In this document: piece by piece, positions 20,449 through 30,418 of the stretch
Position numbering within the stretch: the first letter of the stretch is position 1
Layout: every line of letters starts with the position of its first letter
Assembly (NCBI GenBank): GCA_963801605.1
Contig: CAWDFP010000006.1
Span: forward strand, 1,824,001 to 1,888,000
Source of the DNA: an uncultured candidate division Zixibacteria bacterium
GTDB taxonomy: Bacteria; Zixibacteria; MSB-5A5; UBA10806
Direction of reading: 5' to 3'
DNA length: 64,000 nt
Translations under genes and position numbers: made by a program
The notes under the pieces: model-generated
What the model was told of the DNA's origin: nothing
The model's database searches: none
The model's input: only the letters and a program-made list of their open reading frames with translations

Positions 20449-22740
20449 TTAAATAAGCTTTCTTAGGATATCCGCAACGTCCTTGGCGCGCTGGAAACGC
20501 AAATCGGGGTCCTTCACCAACGCCTTGGCAATAATCTTATCGAATATGCGCGGGATATCGAGATTCAACTCCGATGGCCTGACCGGCTCGGTGTGAAGTA
20601 TCGAATAGATCAAAGCTGAAATCGTATCGCCTTTGAACGGTTTCTCGCGAGTCAGGACTTCATAGAAGACTACGCCCAGCGAGAAGATATCGCTGCGGCG
20701 GTCCACCGGCTGGCCCTTAAGCTGTTCGGGGGAGATGTAGTTGGGCGTGCCCAGGGCGGTGCCGGTCTGTGTCATCGAGGCCGACTTATCGAGACGGGCA
20801 ATACCGAAATCCATCACCTTGACCTTGTTGCCATCGAGGATCATGATATTGGCGGGTTTTATATCGCGGTGCACGATGCCGTTTTCATGGGCGTAATCGA
20901 GCGCCTCACAAGCCTGGATCATGACGCGGGAAATGGTACGGTAGTCCCAGTCGAGCCCGGATTTGAGGATATTTTCGAGAGTGTTGCCCTGCAAATATTC
21001 CATGGCGATATACTGAGTGGTACCTTCCTCGCCAACGTCGTAGATAGTCACGATATTAGGATGGGAGAGTTTGCCGGCGGCCTTGGCCTCACGAGTTAAG
21101 CGTTCACGCAGTTCCTCGATTTCGCTGGAATCGGCCACCTGGTCCAATCTGATGGTTTTCAGCGCCACCGGCCTGTCAATCGCCGGATCGAGACCCTGGT
21201 AAACCATTCCCATGGCGCCCTTACCTATCGAACGCAAAATCTTGTATCGCCCGAAATGATCAGTGCCCGGGTTTTCCATTATGCTGATCGTAGCCTGACT
21301 GTTAGAACGGCTGGTTGCGGATGAATCGGAACTTGAATATGATGTATCCGTTCTAACGGGCTTCGGAGTATCAACTGCGACGGTGTGAACATATCTCGGG
21401 GTTGAGGATTGAGGTATGGGAGTCCGATCGGCTATTTGAATTGATTGACTGGATGAAAGAAGCGATTCGAAATCGACTTCTTCATCGTCATCATTATTAT
21501 CTTCTTCGCGTTTGAGTTCGTTATTAGTTTTGATAATTGGCGCCGCAATTAATAGAAATACGATTTCGAGCGCCGGATAAAAGGTTTTAATAACCAGATG
21601 AAATGACGAGAACAGCAGATATTCAGCTCCAATCAGCACGATAAGAAGTCCCGCCAGAACGGCAATCCTGTTTAACAGCGATACTTTTGGCAGAACCAGA
21701 GCGCTTAATATGCCAATTGCTATCAGCAGGACAAAACTCAGGTTGATACGGCTGCTGGCGCTTTTAAGGGCCTCATTATGTAAAATATTTTCAAGGATAT
21801 TGGCATCAAGCTCCATGCCTGAGAGGTTACGGCTGAGTGGAGTGGTGTAAATGTCAGTAGAACCGCGGCCATTATATCCAACAATTACCAGTTTGTCTCG
21901 AAGCTCACCGGCGGGAATCGTTTTATTTAAGAAATCTTCAGCCGAATAAAATTTGTACGTATTCGCGGGGCCGCTGTAATTGATATTCATTTGTCCCCGA
22001 GGATCAGTAGGAACGGTTGTTGAACCGAGCGCTATGCCTTTTCCGACTCTTAATCCCAGTTTGGCGGGTTCGATATCGAGATAATCGGCGGCAGCCGCCA
22101 CTTGCAGGGATGGGAAAAATTCGCCCCTGTAACCGACAACCAGAGGCTGCCATCGCACTTTGCGATCTTCATCGATATTGACATTAATAAATCCCAGCAT
22201 GTTAGCCGAATTTGCCAATAACGAATCGGGCGGGAAAATTCTGGACGCTACCAGCGGCGGATATTGTGAAAGCGCCGATTGATCGTCGATAGATTTATAA
22301 ACGCAGTTGGCCAGCCCGTCCGGTAATATCACTCCTTGGGAAACTTCACCTTGCGAGTAGTGGTATCCAATAATGACATTGCCGGCGCGAGTGATGGCTT
22401 TCGCCAGGGAATCATTATATCCCAAAGCCTTTTGATAATCATTGGGACTGAATGTCATATCGAGAGCAATCGTCTTGGGCTTTTGCGCCGAGATAGCATT
22501 CACAAGCTGCGCGGTTTTATCGCGGTTCCAGGGCCATTTGCCGACAGATTCCAGGGTGCGATCATCAATGCCCACGATAACGATATCCTGCGAGACGCTT
22601 TTCGTGCCGCGGAATTTGAGCATACCATCCTGTATCGCCACCTCGATTTTTTCCAGGCTTTCATGGCGATCCAGGAAGAGGCTGAGCACGAGCAGCAATA
22701 TGAGGATGTAAAGGATTGATCCCGAAAATTTCTTTAGCAT
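20449..22740 (-). CDS. CHASE2-domain membrane Ser/Thr (Hanks-type) protein kinase
   Basis: IVIVGIDDRTL..GKWPWNR CHASE2 start, three TM helices, GKGAMG, VALK, HRDIKPAN, DFG, GTPNYISPE. Confidence 0.93.
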   Translation of the reverse strand: MLKKFSGSILYILILLLVLSLFLDRHESLEKIEVAIQDGMLKFRGTKSVSQDIVIVGIDDRTLESVGKWPWNRDKTAQLVNAISAQKPKTIALDMTFSPNDYQKALGYNDSLAKAITRAGNVIIGYHYSQGEVSQGVILPDGLANCVYKSIDDQSALSQYPPLVASRIFPPDSLLANSANMLGFINVNIDEDRKVRWQPLVVGYRGEFFPSLQVAAAADYLDIEPAKLGLRVGKGIALGSTTVPTDPRGQMNINYSGPANTYKFYSAEDFLNKTIPAGELRDKLVIVGYNGRGSTDIYTTPLSRNLSGMELDANILENILHNEALKSASSRINLSFVLLIAIGILSALVLPKVSLLNRIAVLAGLLIVLIGAEYLLFSSFHLVIKTFYPALEIVFLLIAAPIIKTNNELKREEDNNDDDEEVDFESLLSSSQSIQIADRTPIPQSSTPRYVHTVAVDTPKPVRTDTSYSSSDSSATSRSNSQATISIMENPGTDHFGRYKILRSIGKGAMGMVYQGLDPAIDRPVALKTIRLDQVADSSEIEELRERLTREAKAAGKLSHPNIVTIYDVGEEGTTQYIAMEYLQGNTLENILKSGLDWDYRTISRVMIQACEALDYAHENGIVHRDIKPANIMILDGNKVKVMDFGIARLDKSASMTQTGTALGTPNYISPEQLKGQPVDRRSDIFSLGVVFYEVLTREKPFKGDTISALIYSILHTEPVRPSELNLDIPRIFDKIIAKALVKDPDLRFQRAKDVADILRKLI

Positions 22741-22847
22741 GACGATGATTTCTCCTGCACCTAATTTTCCGGCCTTTTCGACAAAATTCCTGCAGGCCCG
22801 TTAACCTTTTATCAGTATTATATAATTCGGCATTTTCGGATAAACGT

Positions 22848-23048
22848 TTAGGGGAGAGGCCTGTCAAAATCGAGGTAAAAAACGGTTTTTTGACTGTGTA
22901 TCAAATTGAAACCCGCGTGAGTGGAATCCACAGGGCCAATGAGGCTCGATTGGGCGATTACGGGGAATAGCCCAATAAAGAGAATCATGACGGCCAGGAT
23001 AACGATAAAAATTGCCAATCTTCTAAAGAAAGACAAGCTCCCCTCCAT
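22848..23048 (-). CDS. Possible small membrane/secreted protein (66 aa)
   Basis: One hydrophobic helix after FFRR; co-oriented between phosphoesterase and kinase; no clear RBS. Confidence 0.4.
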   Translation of the reverse strand: MEGSLSFFRRLAIFIVILAVMILFIGLFPVIAQSSLIGPVDSTHAGFNLIHSQKTVFYLDFDRPLP

Positions 23049-23066
23049 TTATATTAATTTGAAAAA

Positions 23067-23795
23067 TTATCGTCCGACAGCTAAGCGCTCAATCAGATAT
23101 TCCGGAAGGCCGATTTTGGCCATGTCCTTCTGGGTAGCTTTGATATTATATGAGACTCGCTTATGCCTGATAATGCTCTTTGTCTCATCATAAATGAGAT
23201 AGCAGCTCCGCGGATCGCCGTCACGAGGCTGACCGACCGAGCCAATATTAACCAGATAACGCACGTCTTTTGCCAGGACTTCCTCCATTTGTTTCGAGAG
23301 AATAGCCTCATTAGCGCTGTCCTTGGAGACTATGAAAGGGCGATGAGTATGTCCGAGCAGACAGATCTGGTTCTTAAAATAATCAAACGATTCCCGGGCA
23401 TCTTCCATATCGAGGATATAGTGCCAGAGTTCGGGTTCTTTAGGGGAGGCGTGAACTAATAGCGCATTGTCAAACTCATATTGAAGCTGAAAATTGGACA
23501 TTATCTCGACAGTTTTGCGAGTAATCGAGCTTTTTGTCCAACCCATAGACTCGGCCGCATATTGATTGAAAAAATCGGTTTCCATGAGACCCAATGCGGC
23601 ATAATCATGATTGCCCATGAGCTTCACGGCGGCAACTTCATTTATTAGTTTGACGCACTCATCGGGGTAGGGGCCGTAGCCCACAGCGTCGCCCAGGAAG
23701 AAGACCTTATCGAGTTTTTCAGAGCGAAAATCGATAATGCAAGCCTTTAGAGCCTCCAAATTCGCATGGACGTCGGAGAAGAATCCGTATTTCAT
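23067..23795 (-). CDS. Calcineurin-like metallophosphoesterase
   Basis: SDVHAN, LGDAVGYG, GNHD, VHASP, GHTH, NIGSVGQPRD. Confidence 0.92.
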   Translation of the reverse strand: MKYGFFSDVHANLEALKACIIDFRSEKLDKVFFLGDAVGYGPYPDECVKLINEVAAVKLMGNHDYAALGLMETDFFNQYAAESMGWTKSSITRKTVEIMSNFQLQYEFDNALLVHASPKEPELWHYILDMEDARESFDYFKNQICLLGHTHRPFIVSKDSANEAILSKQMEEVLAKDVRYLVNIGSVGQPRDGDPRSCYLIYDETKSIIRHKRVSYNIKATQKDMAKIGLPEYLIERLAVGR

Positions 23796-24487
23796 CAGGT
23801 CCTATTTTCTATAAAACGATAAACCGTTTTCCCCACTTGAATAATGTCGTCGTTTTTCAACATGTAACGCTCGACCTTTTCACCGTTGATCTTTGTCTTG
23901 CCCTTCTTCCCCAGATTGACGATCCAGAAGCCCTCACTCTCGTTGACAATTTTGGCTTGAATCCCTGAAAGGAAAAATCCTTTAGCCTTTACATTGGCCA
24001 GAGACGATTTGCCGATTGTAACGATGTTTCGTTCGATTGGGTACTGTTCGAATTCCGCTCCGGCTTCGCCTAATAGAAGAGACATACCCGATTTGGAAAC
24101 AAGCTGCTTATTGCGCTGATCTTTTGCAATAAGATCGCGCTGCTTCTTGGTTTGGAGCACCATGGTGCCATCCATTTCAAATGGCATGGTGGCTCGTTCG
24201 GTCGTTGGATGGAAGACCAGCGAAAATTTGCCGATAGTGATGGAATCGTTTTCCTTTAATACTTCCTCGGAAATACGACGGGAGTTAACGAAGGTGCCAT
24301 TGAGGCTTTCGTTGTCAATAATGACCGCCTGGTCGTCGCCAAACTCAATCTGGGCATGACGCCGGGAAACTCCTCTGTTATCGAGCACAATATCGTTGTC
24401 TGGTGTGCGCCCGATAGTAATTCTCTTTTTTTCGGTGATAAATTTCTCGATGACCTTGTCCTCGAATTTTACTAGTATCTCCGGCAT
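23795..24487 (-). CDS. Tandem FHA-domain protein
   Basis: GAGGGAG RBS before ATG 24487; FHA1 IGR...VSRRHA...SLNGTFVN; degenerate FHA2; TGATG overlap with next gene. Confidence 0.9.
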   Translation of the reverse strand: MPEILVKFEDKVIEKFITEKKRITIGRTPDNDIVLDNRGVSRRHAQIEFGDDQAVIIDNESLNGTFVNSRRISEEVLKENDSITIGKFSLVFHPTTERATMPFEMDGTMVLQTKKQRDLIAKDQRNKQLVSKSGMSLLLGEAGAEFEQYPIERNIVTIGKSSLANVKAKGFFLSGIQAKIVNESEGFWIVNLGKKGKTKINGEKVERYMLKNDDIIQVGKTVYRFIENRT

Positions 24488-24620
24488 AACTCCCTCCCTC
24501 AAAGGGCACAGATCCAATTTGAATTAATTAGCTCCGTTTGTCAACCATAACTTCTACGGTAATCTCAAAGCCTAGAATGACCTTGCGAGCATTCTAAGCT
24601 TCGTATATATTGTCGGAACG

Positions 24621-25619
24621 ATGTGGCCAAACTTTACGGATAGTAAACCTATAATATTTGCCCCCATGGCTGGTATCAGCGATTCGCCCGCCAGACAACT
24701 TGCAATTCGTTTTGGGGCGGATATGACAATATCGGAACTGATCTCGTCCGAAGGCATAATCCGGGGATGTCCCAGGACTTGGAAACTGGCCGAGTTTGAT
24801 AAATCAGAGCGGCCCATAGGTTTGCAGATTTTTGGGGCCAAACCGGAGTCTATGGCCAGGGCTGCCATCCAGCTATCCGAATTAAAACCTGATTTCATCA
24901 ATATTAATTTCGGCTGCCCGGCCCGGAAGATTGTGGGCAAAAATGGAGGTAGTTCCATTTTGCGCAACCTGCCGCTTTTAAAGGAGATAGTAACTGCCGT
25001 CGTCCATGCAGTTGATTTGCCTGTGACAGCCAAGATTCGATCCGGTTGGGATAGCAATGAGCTTAACTACAATGAAGTCGGAAAAATCATAGAGGAGGCC
25101 GGAGCTGTTGCAGTAGTTATTCACCCGCGGACCAGGACACAGGGTTTCTCAGGCCATTCTGATTGGCAGGTCATTAAGGCGCTTAAAGATAATCTTGAAA
25201 TAAAGGTAATTGGAAACGGTGATATTTCGTCACCCGAGGACGCCAAGCGGATGCTAGATGAAACAGGCTGTGATGGCGTCATGATTGGACGCGGGGCTAT
25301 TGCTAATCCCTGGCTATTCAAGCGTGTCAAGCATTACCTCGCTACTGGAAAAATATTGTCCGAACCTACCGCCCGTGAGCGGATTGAATTGGCATTAGAA
25401 CATCTTACAATGGAAATCGATTATTATGGTTTGCCTCACGCGGTTTTCAGAATGCGAAGTCAGTTCTGTTATTATCTTCGAGGCCTTCACGGCAACAGCG
25501 ATATAAGGATAGCAATCAACCGACTTCTTGACCCCATCGAAATAAAAAAACTGTTGTGGGAATATGTCGAAATGTTGGAAAACGAAAGTTTTCTTCAATC
25601 GTCGCAAACGGTAAATTAA
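24621..25619 (+). CDS. dusB: tRNA-dihydrouridine synthase B
   Basis: APMAGISD, NFGCP, KIRSGW, GNGDI, GVMIGRG. Confidence 0.93.
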   Translation: MWPNFTDSKPIIFAPMAGISDSPARQLAIRFGADMTISELISSEGIIRGCPRTWKLAEFDKSERPIGLQIFGAKPESMARAAIQLSELKPDFININFGCPARKIVGKNGGSSILRNLPLLKEIVTAVVHAVDLPVTAKIRSGWDSNELNYNEVGKIIEEAGAVAVVIHPRTRTQGFSGHSDWQVIKALKDNLEIKVIGNGDISSPEDAKRMLDETGCDGVMIGRGAIANPWLFKRVKHYLATGKILSEPTARERIELALEHLTMEIDYYGLPHAVFRMRSQFCYYLRGLHGNSDIRIAINRLLDPIEIKKLLWEYVEMLENESFLQSSQTVN

Positions 25620-25639
25620 ATCAACGAAAAATAATTTTA

Positions 25640-26407
25640 ATGAAGCCAAGAGATATAAATATCATCTTAGAAAAAGTAGCCGCTGGCAAGCTGTCATCGG
25701 CAGCCGCGATGAAAAAACTGAATTCGCTATCTTTTGAAAATTTGGAATTTGCCAAAATAGATCATAATCGTTTGGATCGAACCGGTGTCCCTGAGGTCAT
25801 TTTCGCGCCCGGCAAAACCGACGAGCAAATCGTCAAGATATTCACCCGCATGAAAAAAGCTGGAAGCGATGTTATGATCACGCGCGTTGAAAAAAAGATA
25901 TTCATAAAATTAAAATCGAAAAATAAGGGAATTAAGTACAGCGAAATCGCCAGGATAATTTATGAGCCGACGCGACTTAAAGAACCTTATGGCAAGGCAA
26001 CTATAGCCGTAGTCAGTGCCGGAACTGCCGATATGAGCGTCGCCGAGGAAGCCGCCGTAACGGCCGAGGCATTCGGGGCGAGAGTAGACCGCGTTTACGA
26101 TGTTGGAATTGCCGGTATTCATAGGCTCCTGGCACATCAGGATCAAATCAGAAAGGCTCGCGTAGTAATCGTGGTTGCCGGAATGGAAGGCGCCCTGGCA
26201 TCGGCAGTAGGGGGCTTGGTGCAGGCGCCGGTGATTGCGGTGCCAACATCGATAGGTTACGGCGCCTCGTTTGGCGGTCTGGCGGCGCTGCTCTCGATGC
26301 TTAACAGTTGCGCGCCGGGAGTGACTGTAGTAAATATCGATAACGGTTTCGGGGCTGCAGTGGCGGCTCTGAAAATGATACGAGGGATAAATCGGAAATC
26401 CAATTGA
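25640..26407 (+). CDS. larB: Nickel-pincer cofactor biosynthesis protein LarB (PurE-like)
   Basis: FAKIDH.R, PEVIF, AGTAD..VAEEA, DVGIAGIHRL, AGMEGAL, PTSIGYG, VVNIDNGFGA. Confidence 0.93.
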   Translation: MKPRDINIILEKVAAGKLSSAAAMKKLNSLSFENLEFAKIDHNRLDRTGVPEVIFAPGKTDEQIVKIFTRMKKAGSDVMITRVEKKIFIKLKSKNKGIKYSEIARIIYEPTRLKEPYGKATIAVVSAGTADMSVAEEAAVTAEAFGARVDRVYDVGIAGIHRLLAHQDQIRKARVVIVVAGMEGALASAVGGLVQAPVIAVPTSIGYGASFGGLAALLSMLNSCAPGVTVVNIDNGFGAAVAALKMIRGINRKSN

Positions 26408-26546
26408 CCTGCCGGGCGGCATGCTTCGCTCGATATAAAATATCGAACGTTGTAAAATCCGCAAGGCATGCTCAGGAATAAATTGATTAGGATTTTACTC
26501 TTTCCCCGATCAAGATCGGGGAAAGCAAGCATGCCGCCCGTGCAGG
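26408..26546. repeat. Multi-branched palindromic element (REP/MITE-like or structured RNA), copy B
   Basis: 14-bp closing stem plus three internal stems; last hairpin shares the CCCGATC/GATCGGG core with 6631-6653. Confidence 0.7.
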
Positions 26547-26576
26547 CCGCGAGCGGCTGGAGGAATTCGAAGGAAC

Positions 26577-27737
26577 GTGGCACTAGCATATTTTGACTGC
26601 TTTTCCGGCACCGCCGGTGATATGATTATCGGAGCGCTGCTTGACGCCGGGTTGCCGTTTGCGGATTTTAAAGCCGAAATCGACAAACTCGGTCTTTCAG
26701 GTTTCGAGTTAAGCGCCAGGAAAGTGGTCAAAGGGAAAATCGAAGGGACCAAATTTTCGGTTGAGGTGCGAGAGAAACAGCCGGAACGTCAGCCCAAAGA
26801 AGTAACGAAAATTATTTTAGGTTCCAGGCTTGATAGCGATATTAAAGAGAAGGCCGTACGGATTTTTAATCGCTTGGCTGAGGCCGAGGCTATTGCGCAT
26901 GGCGAGACAATTGACAAGGTACATTTTCATGAGGTTGGAGCAGTTGATGCTATCATCGATATCTGTGGAGCGATGGTTGGGCTGAAACTATTGGGAGTGG
27001 ATCGAGTTTATTCGTCATCGTTACCAATGGGCAAAGGAAGTATTGCCGGTTCTCATGGGACGATGCCGATACCGGCGCCCGCGACTGCGGTTCTCGTAAA
27101 AGGCTTCCCCGTAAAAATTACGAGTATCGATATGGAACTTACGACTCCTACCGGGGCAGCAATACTGACTACGCTGGCAGCCTTTTCCGACCCCGGAGAG
27201 TTTTCGATGCGTCAAACCGGATATGGAGCTGGATCTAAATTCCTTTCGGGATTACCGAATCTTTTGAGGGTGATGATTGGGGAACAATCGAATATATTCG
27301 AAACAGATACGATTGCCCTGTTAGAATCTAATCTGGATCGGGTTTCATCGGAGAACTTAGGCGCTTTGCTTGACGAGCTTATGGCCGGTGGCGCGCTTGA
27401 TGTTTTCGCTGTCCCAATTGTTATGAAAAAGAACCGGCCGGCGCATCTTCTTTCAGTTTTATGCGAACCGGATAAAAAAGATAAGTTGGCAAAGATAATT
27501 TTCAGTTCCGGCAAGACTCTGGGAATCAGAATGGGTTCGAGCTCCAGGATGAAGCTTCCCCGAAAACAACTTACGATACCGACATCAGGCGGTGATATTT
27601 CGGTCAAGGTAGCTGAGCTTGATGGCAAAAAGCTTATTTTCCCCGAACATGACGATATAACACGCGCCATGAGGAAAACCGGTTTAAGTTATGATGATAT
27701 TTATTTTGAGATACAACGCGCCATAAGAAAGGAATAG
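26577..27737 (+). CDS. larC: Nickel insertion protein LarC
   Basis: YFDCFSGTAGDM, VHFHEVGAVD, PAPAT, ELTTPTGAA, GYGAG, MKKNRP. Confidence 0.94.
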   Translation: MALAYFDCFSGTAGDMIIGALLDAGLPFADFKAEIDKLGLSGFELSARKVVKGKIEGTKFSVEVREKQPERQPKEVTKIILGSRLDSDIKEKAVRIFNRLAEAEAIAHGETIDKVHFHEVGAVDAIIDICGAMVGLKLLGVDRVYSSSLPMGKGSIAGSHGTMPIPAPATAVLVKGFPVKITSIDMELTTPTGAAILTTLAAFSDPGEFSMRQTGYGAGSKFLSGLPNLLRVMIGEQSNIFETDTIALLESNLDRVSSENLGALLDELMAGGALDVFAVPIVMKKNRPAHLLSVLCEPDKKDKLAKIIFSSGKTLGIRMGSSSRMKLPRKQLTIPTSGGDISVKVAELDGKKLIFPEHDDITRAMRKTGLSYDDIYFEIQRAIRKE

Positions 27738-27741
27738 GCGA

Positions 27742-28734
27742 ATGGCTGGTGAACAGGGAATTTTAACATTTGGTGAAGTTAAAGACGGTAAACTCGCGCC
27801 GGTTGCCAAGGAGATCATCGGGGCGGCCAGGATGCTCGCGGAGCAGAAAGGCTGGAGTGTCACATCGGTGCTGATTGGCGACAAGATCGCTTTTTTGGCG
27901 GATGATCTAATCAAATTCGGTGCTGATAAAGTAATTTTTTGCGAATCCTTGAAGCTTTCGGATTTTACCGATGAATCCTATTCGAAAATACTAATCGATA
28001 TTATTCAAAATCAGGCTCCTGCGGTTATCCTGGGTGGAGCCACATTTTCGGGCAAATTCCTTTTTGGACGGTTAGCCGCGATGTTGTCATCGGGTTTGGC
28101 CGCCGATGTTATCGGATTGGAATGGGATGGGGATAGTATCCTGACTACCAGACCGGCTTATGGCGGTAAAGCGTTAATAAAGTTATCGCCGGTTGGACCT
28201 GGTCCGCAAATGGCGACGCTTCGCCCCAAGGCTTTTCCCGAACCTGTCAGAAATGCTGACCGAACCGGCGAAAAGGTCAACTGGCCGTTCGATGAAGCTA
28301 AGTATATTACGCGCGCCAAAGTGTTGCAGCATGTTTCGGAGGGCGACCAGCAAATCAGCCTTACAGATGCCGATATTATTGTCTCCGGTGGACGGGGATT
28401 ACGCGGACCAGAGAACTTCAAATTGATAAGAGAACTTGCCGCCGAACTCGGTGCGGCGGTAGGCGCCTCGCGCGCTACTGTTGATGCTGGCTGGATACCT
28501 TATGCTCATCAAGTCGGCCAAACGGGAAAGACGGTCAATCCCAAACTCTATGTAGCCTGCGGAATATCAGGAGCCATCCAGCATCTTGTGGGTATGCAAT
28601 CATCTAAAACGATTGTGGCTATCAATCGCGATGCCGAAGCGCCAATCTTTAAAGTTGCCACTTATGGGGTGGTTGGAGATATTTTTGAGATACTACCCAA
28701 ACTTACGGAACGGCTCAGGCAAATTAAGGGATAA
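27742..28734 (+). CDS. etfA: Electron transfer flavoprotein alpha subunit
   Basis: [38 protein letters not shown]. Confidence 0.95.
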   Translation: MAGEQGILTFGEVKDGKLAPVAKEIIGAARMLAEQKGWSVTSVLIGDKIAFLADDLIKFGADKVIFCESLKLSDFTDESYSKILIDIIQNQAPAVILGGATFSGKFLFGRLAAMLSSGLAADVIGLEWDGDSILTTRPAYGGKALIKLSPVGPGPQMATLRPKAFPEPVRNADRTGEKVNWPFDEAKYITRAKVLQHVSEGDQQISLTDADIIVSGGRGLRGPENFKLIRELAAELGAAVGASRATVDAGWIPYAHQVGQTGKTVNPKLYVACGISGAIQHLVGMQSSKTIVAINRDAEAPIFKVATYGVVGDIFEILPKLTERLRQIKG

Positions 28735-28739
28735 GTACT

Positions 28740-29405
28740 TTGACTGAAACGTCACTTATAATATTGATATGGACCGCAATTTCAATCGGTTTTATTCATA
28801 CGGTTATCGGCCCCGATCATTATCTGCCATTCATCGTAATCAGTAAAGCTCGCCGCTGGTCCGTTTCGAAAACGATGTTGATAACGATCGCTTGCGGTAT
28901 CGGGCATGTTTTCTCATCGGTTCTGATTGGAGTTCTCGGTATCCTTTTGGGTACGGCCCTTGGCAGTCTTACAGCCATCGAGAAAATCCGAGGCGATATC
29001 GCCAGTGATGCCTTGATCGCGTTTGGCATGATCTATGGCATCTGGGGTCTTTGGCGGGCTAGACGAAGCCACGGCCATAAACATCTTCCCGGAGGAGAGC
29101 ATCTGGATGAGACTAATGCCAGGTCGGTTACTTTTTGGGCGCTGTTTATCGTCTTTGTACTCGGTCCCTGTGAGCCTTTAATTCCGCTCGTGATGTTTCC
29201 TGCGGTCGAACACAATTGGCATGGAGTAATGCTGGTTACACTTTCGTTTGGTTTGGTGACAATCGCAACCATGTCTACCATAGTGTTTCTGGCGATCAAG
29301 GGCTTAACGGTTTTGAAAACCACTATTCTGGAAAAATATATTCATGCACTGGCTGGAGGAATTATCGCTCTTTCCGGCATTTCGATAAGGTTGTTTGGAT
29401 TATAA
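28740..29405 (+). CDS. Putative nickel/cobalt transporter (UreH/RcnA/DsbD_2-like membrane protein)
   Basis: HTVIGPDH motif, GIGH, HGHKH loop, PCEP; about 6 TM; next to larBC. Confidence 0.75.
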   Translation: MTETSLIILIWTAISIGFIHTVIGPDHYLPFIVISKARRWSVSKTMLITIACGIGHVFSSVLIGVLGILLGTALGSLTAIEKIRGDIASDALIAFGMIYGIWGLWRARRSHGHKHLPGGEHLDETNARSVTFWALFIVFVLGPCEPLIPLVMFPAVEHNWHGVMLVTLSFGLVTIATMSTIVFLAIKGLTVLKTTILEKYIHALAGGIIALSGISIRLFGL

Positions 29406-29420
29406 TCCAGGGAGGCATTT

Positions 29421-29789
29421 ATGCTGAGAGTTATTCATTTTGAAATGCAGGCAGACCAACCCGAACGCGCCGCAAGTTTCTTTAAAAATGTATTTGGTTG
29501 GAAAATCGAAAAGTGGGGCGGCAACGAGGATTACTGGCTGGTTCAAACCGGCGAGGATAAGGAACCTGGTATCAATGGCGCTATCATGCGGCGTACGCCA
29601 ATGATCGGCCCGACCACCAATACTATCAGCGTTCCATCGGTTGACGAATTTGCGGCCAAGATTCTTGCCAATGGTGGCAAAATCGTCGCTCCCAAGATGC
29701 CGATTCCGGGTGTCGGTTATTTTGCCTATTGTCAGGATACCGAGGGCAACATTTTCGGTATCATGCAGGCAGATCCGGCCGCAAAATAA
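29421..29789 (+). CDS. VOC/glyoxalase-family protein
   Basis: IHFEM, FFKNVFGW, GINGAI, IPGVG, DTEGNIFG; GGAGG RBS. Confidence 0.9.
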   Translation: MLRVIHFEMQADQPERAASFFKNVFGWKIEKWGGNEDYWLVQTGEDKEPGINGAIMRRTPMIGPTTNTISVPSVDEFAAKILANGGKIVAPKMPIPGVGYFAYCQDTEGNIFGIMQADPAAK

Positions 29790-30076
29790 CACGGAAATAA
29801 TTTGTTATAAACTGTCAGATTGAACTTTATTATCTGATAGATTTATTGGTTTAGGTAATTGGGTTATAATTTATTATAGGGCCTTAATATTATCGATTTC
29901 TCGATGATAATACAGCCTCTGGACATACTTGTCTATGATATTTTTAGGCGTATAATCATTAATAAGCTCGAATGCTGAAGCATTTAGAAATACCAATTTC
30001 GCTATTGATTTAATAATTAGAATTCCTTTTATTGGAACCATTGAAAGTTATTTTAGATGAAATGGAGGACTAAACC

Positions 30077-30265
30077 ATGGCAAAAAGACAATCTTTTGCA
30101 GATAAGGCCAGCAAGAAAAAACACGTGATAGATTGCCCGGTTTGTGGGACACCAATCACACCCACAATGTTCATCTTGCCGACCCCTACCGAAAGTGGTT
30201 CAATCAAGTATAAAAGGACCATTGTTGGTGTCTGCAAGTGCAATCATAAGCAATACTACGGCTAA
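30077..30265 (+). CDS. Small basic Cys4 protein (62 aa), possible bL38/DUF4295-like ribosomal protein
   Basis: GGAGGA RBS; MAKRQSFADKASKKK, CPVC and CKC motifs. Confidence 0.8.
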   Translation: MAKRQSFADKASKKKHVIDCPVCGTPITPTMFILPTPTESGSIKYKRTIVGVCKCNHKQYYG

Positions 30266-30418
30266 GATAACAACCACTTAACCAATAGGTTAGGGGTTAG
30301 ATCATTTCACGGAAAGCTTCTTCAAAAGAAATAAGCTTGTGAAAATTTTCCGTTGATTTTAAGGATATTGAGGTTTATCTTTCCGTTCAAATACTTTTAA
30401 TCCCGGGGAGGATCTCGA

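Noticed and set aside
26408..26546. NiCo (czcD) riboswitch, given four-way junction beside Ni genes
   Set aside because: I could not find the conserved NiCo junction nucleotides or an expression-platform terminator, and a similar element occurs away from Ni genes
30337..30354. Rex operator upstream of the oxidoreductase operon
   Set aside because: Only the left half (TTGTGAA) matches; the right half is poor
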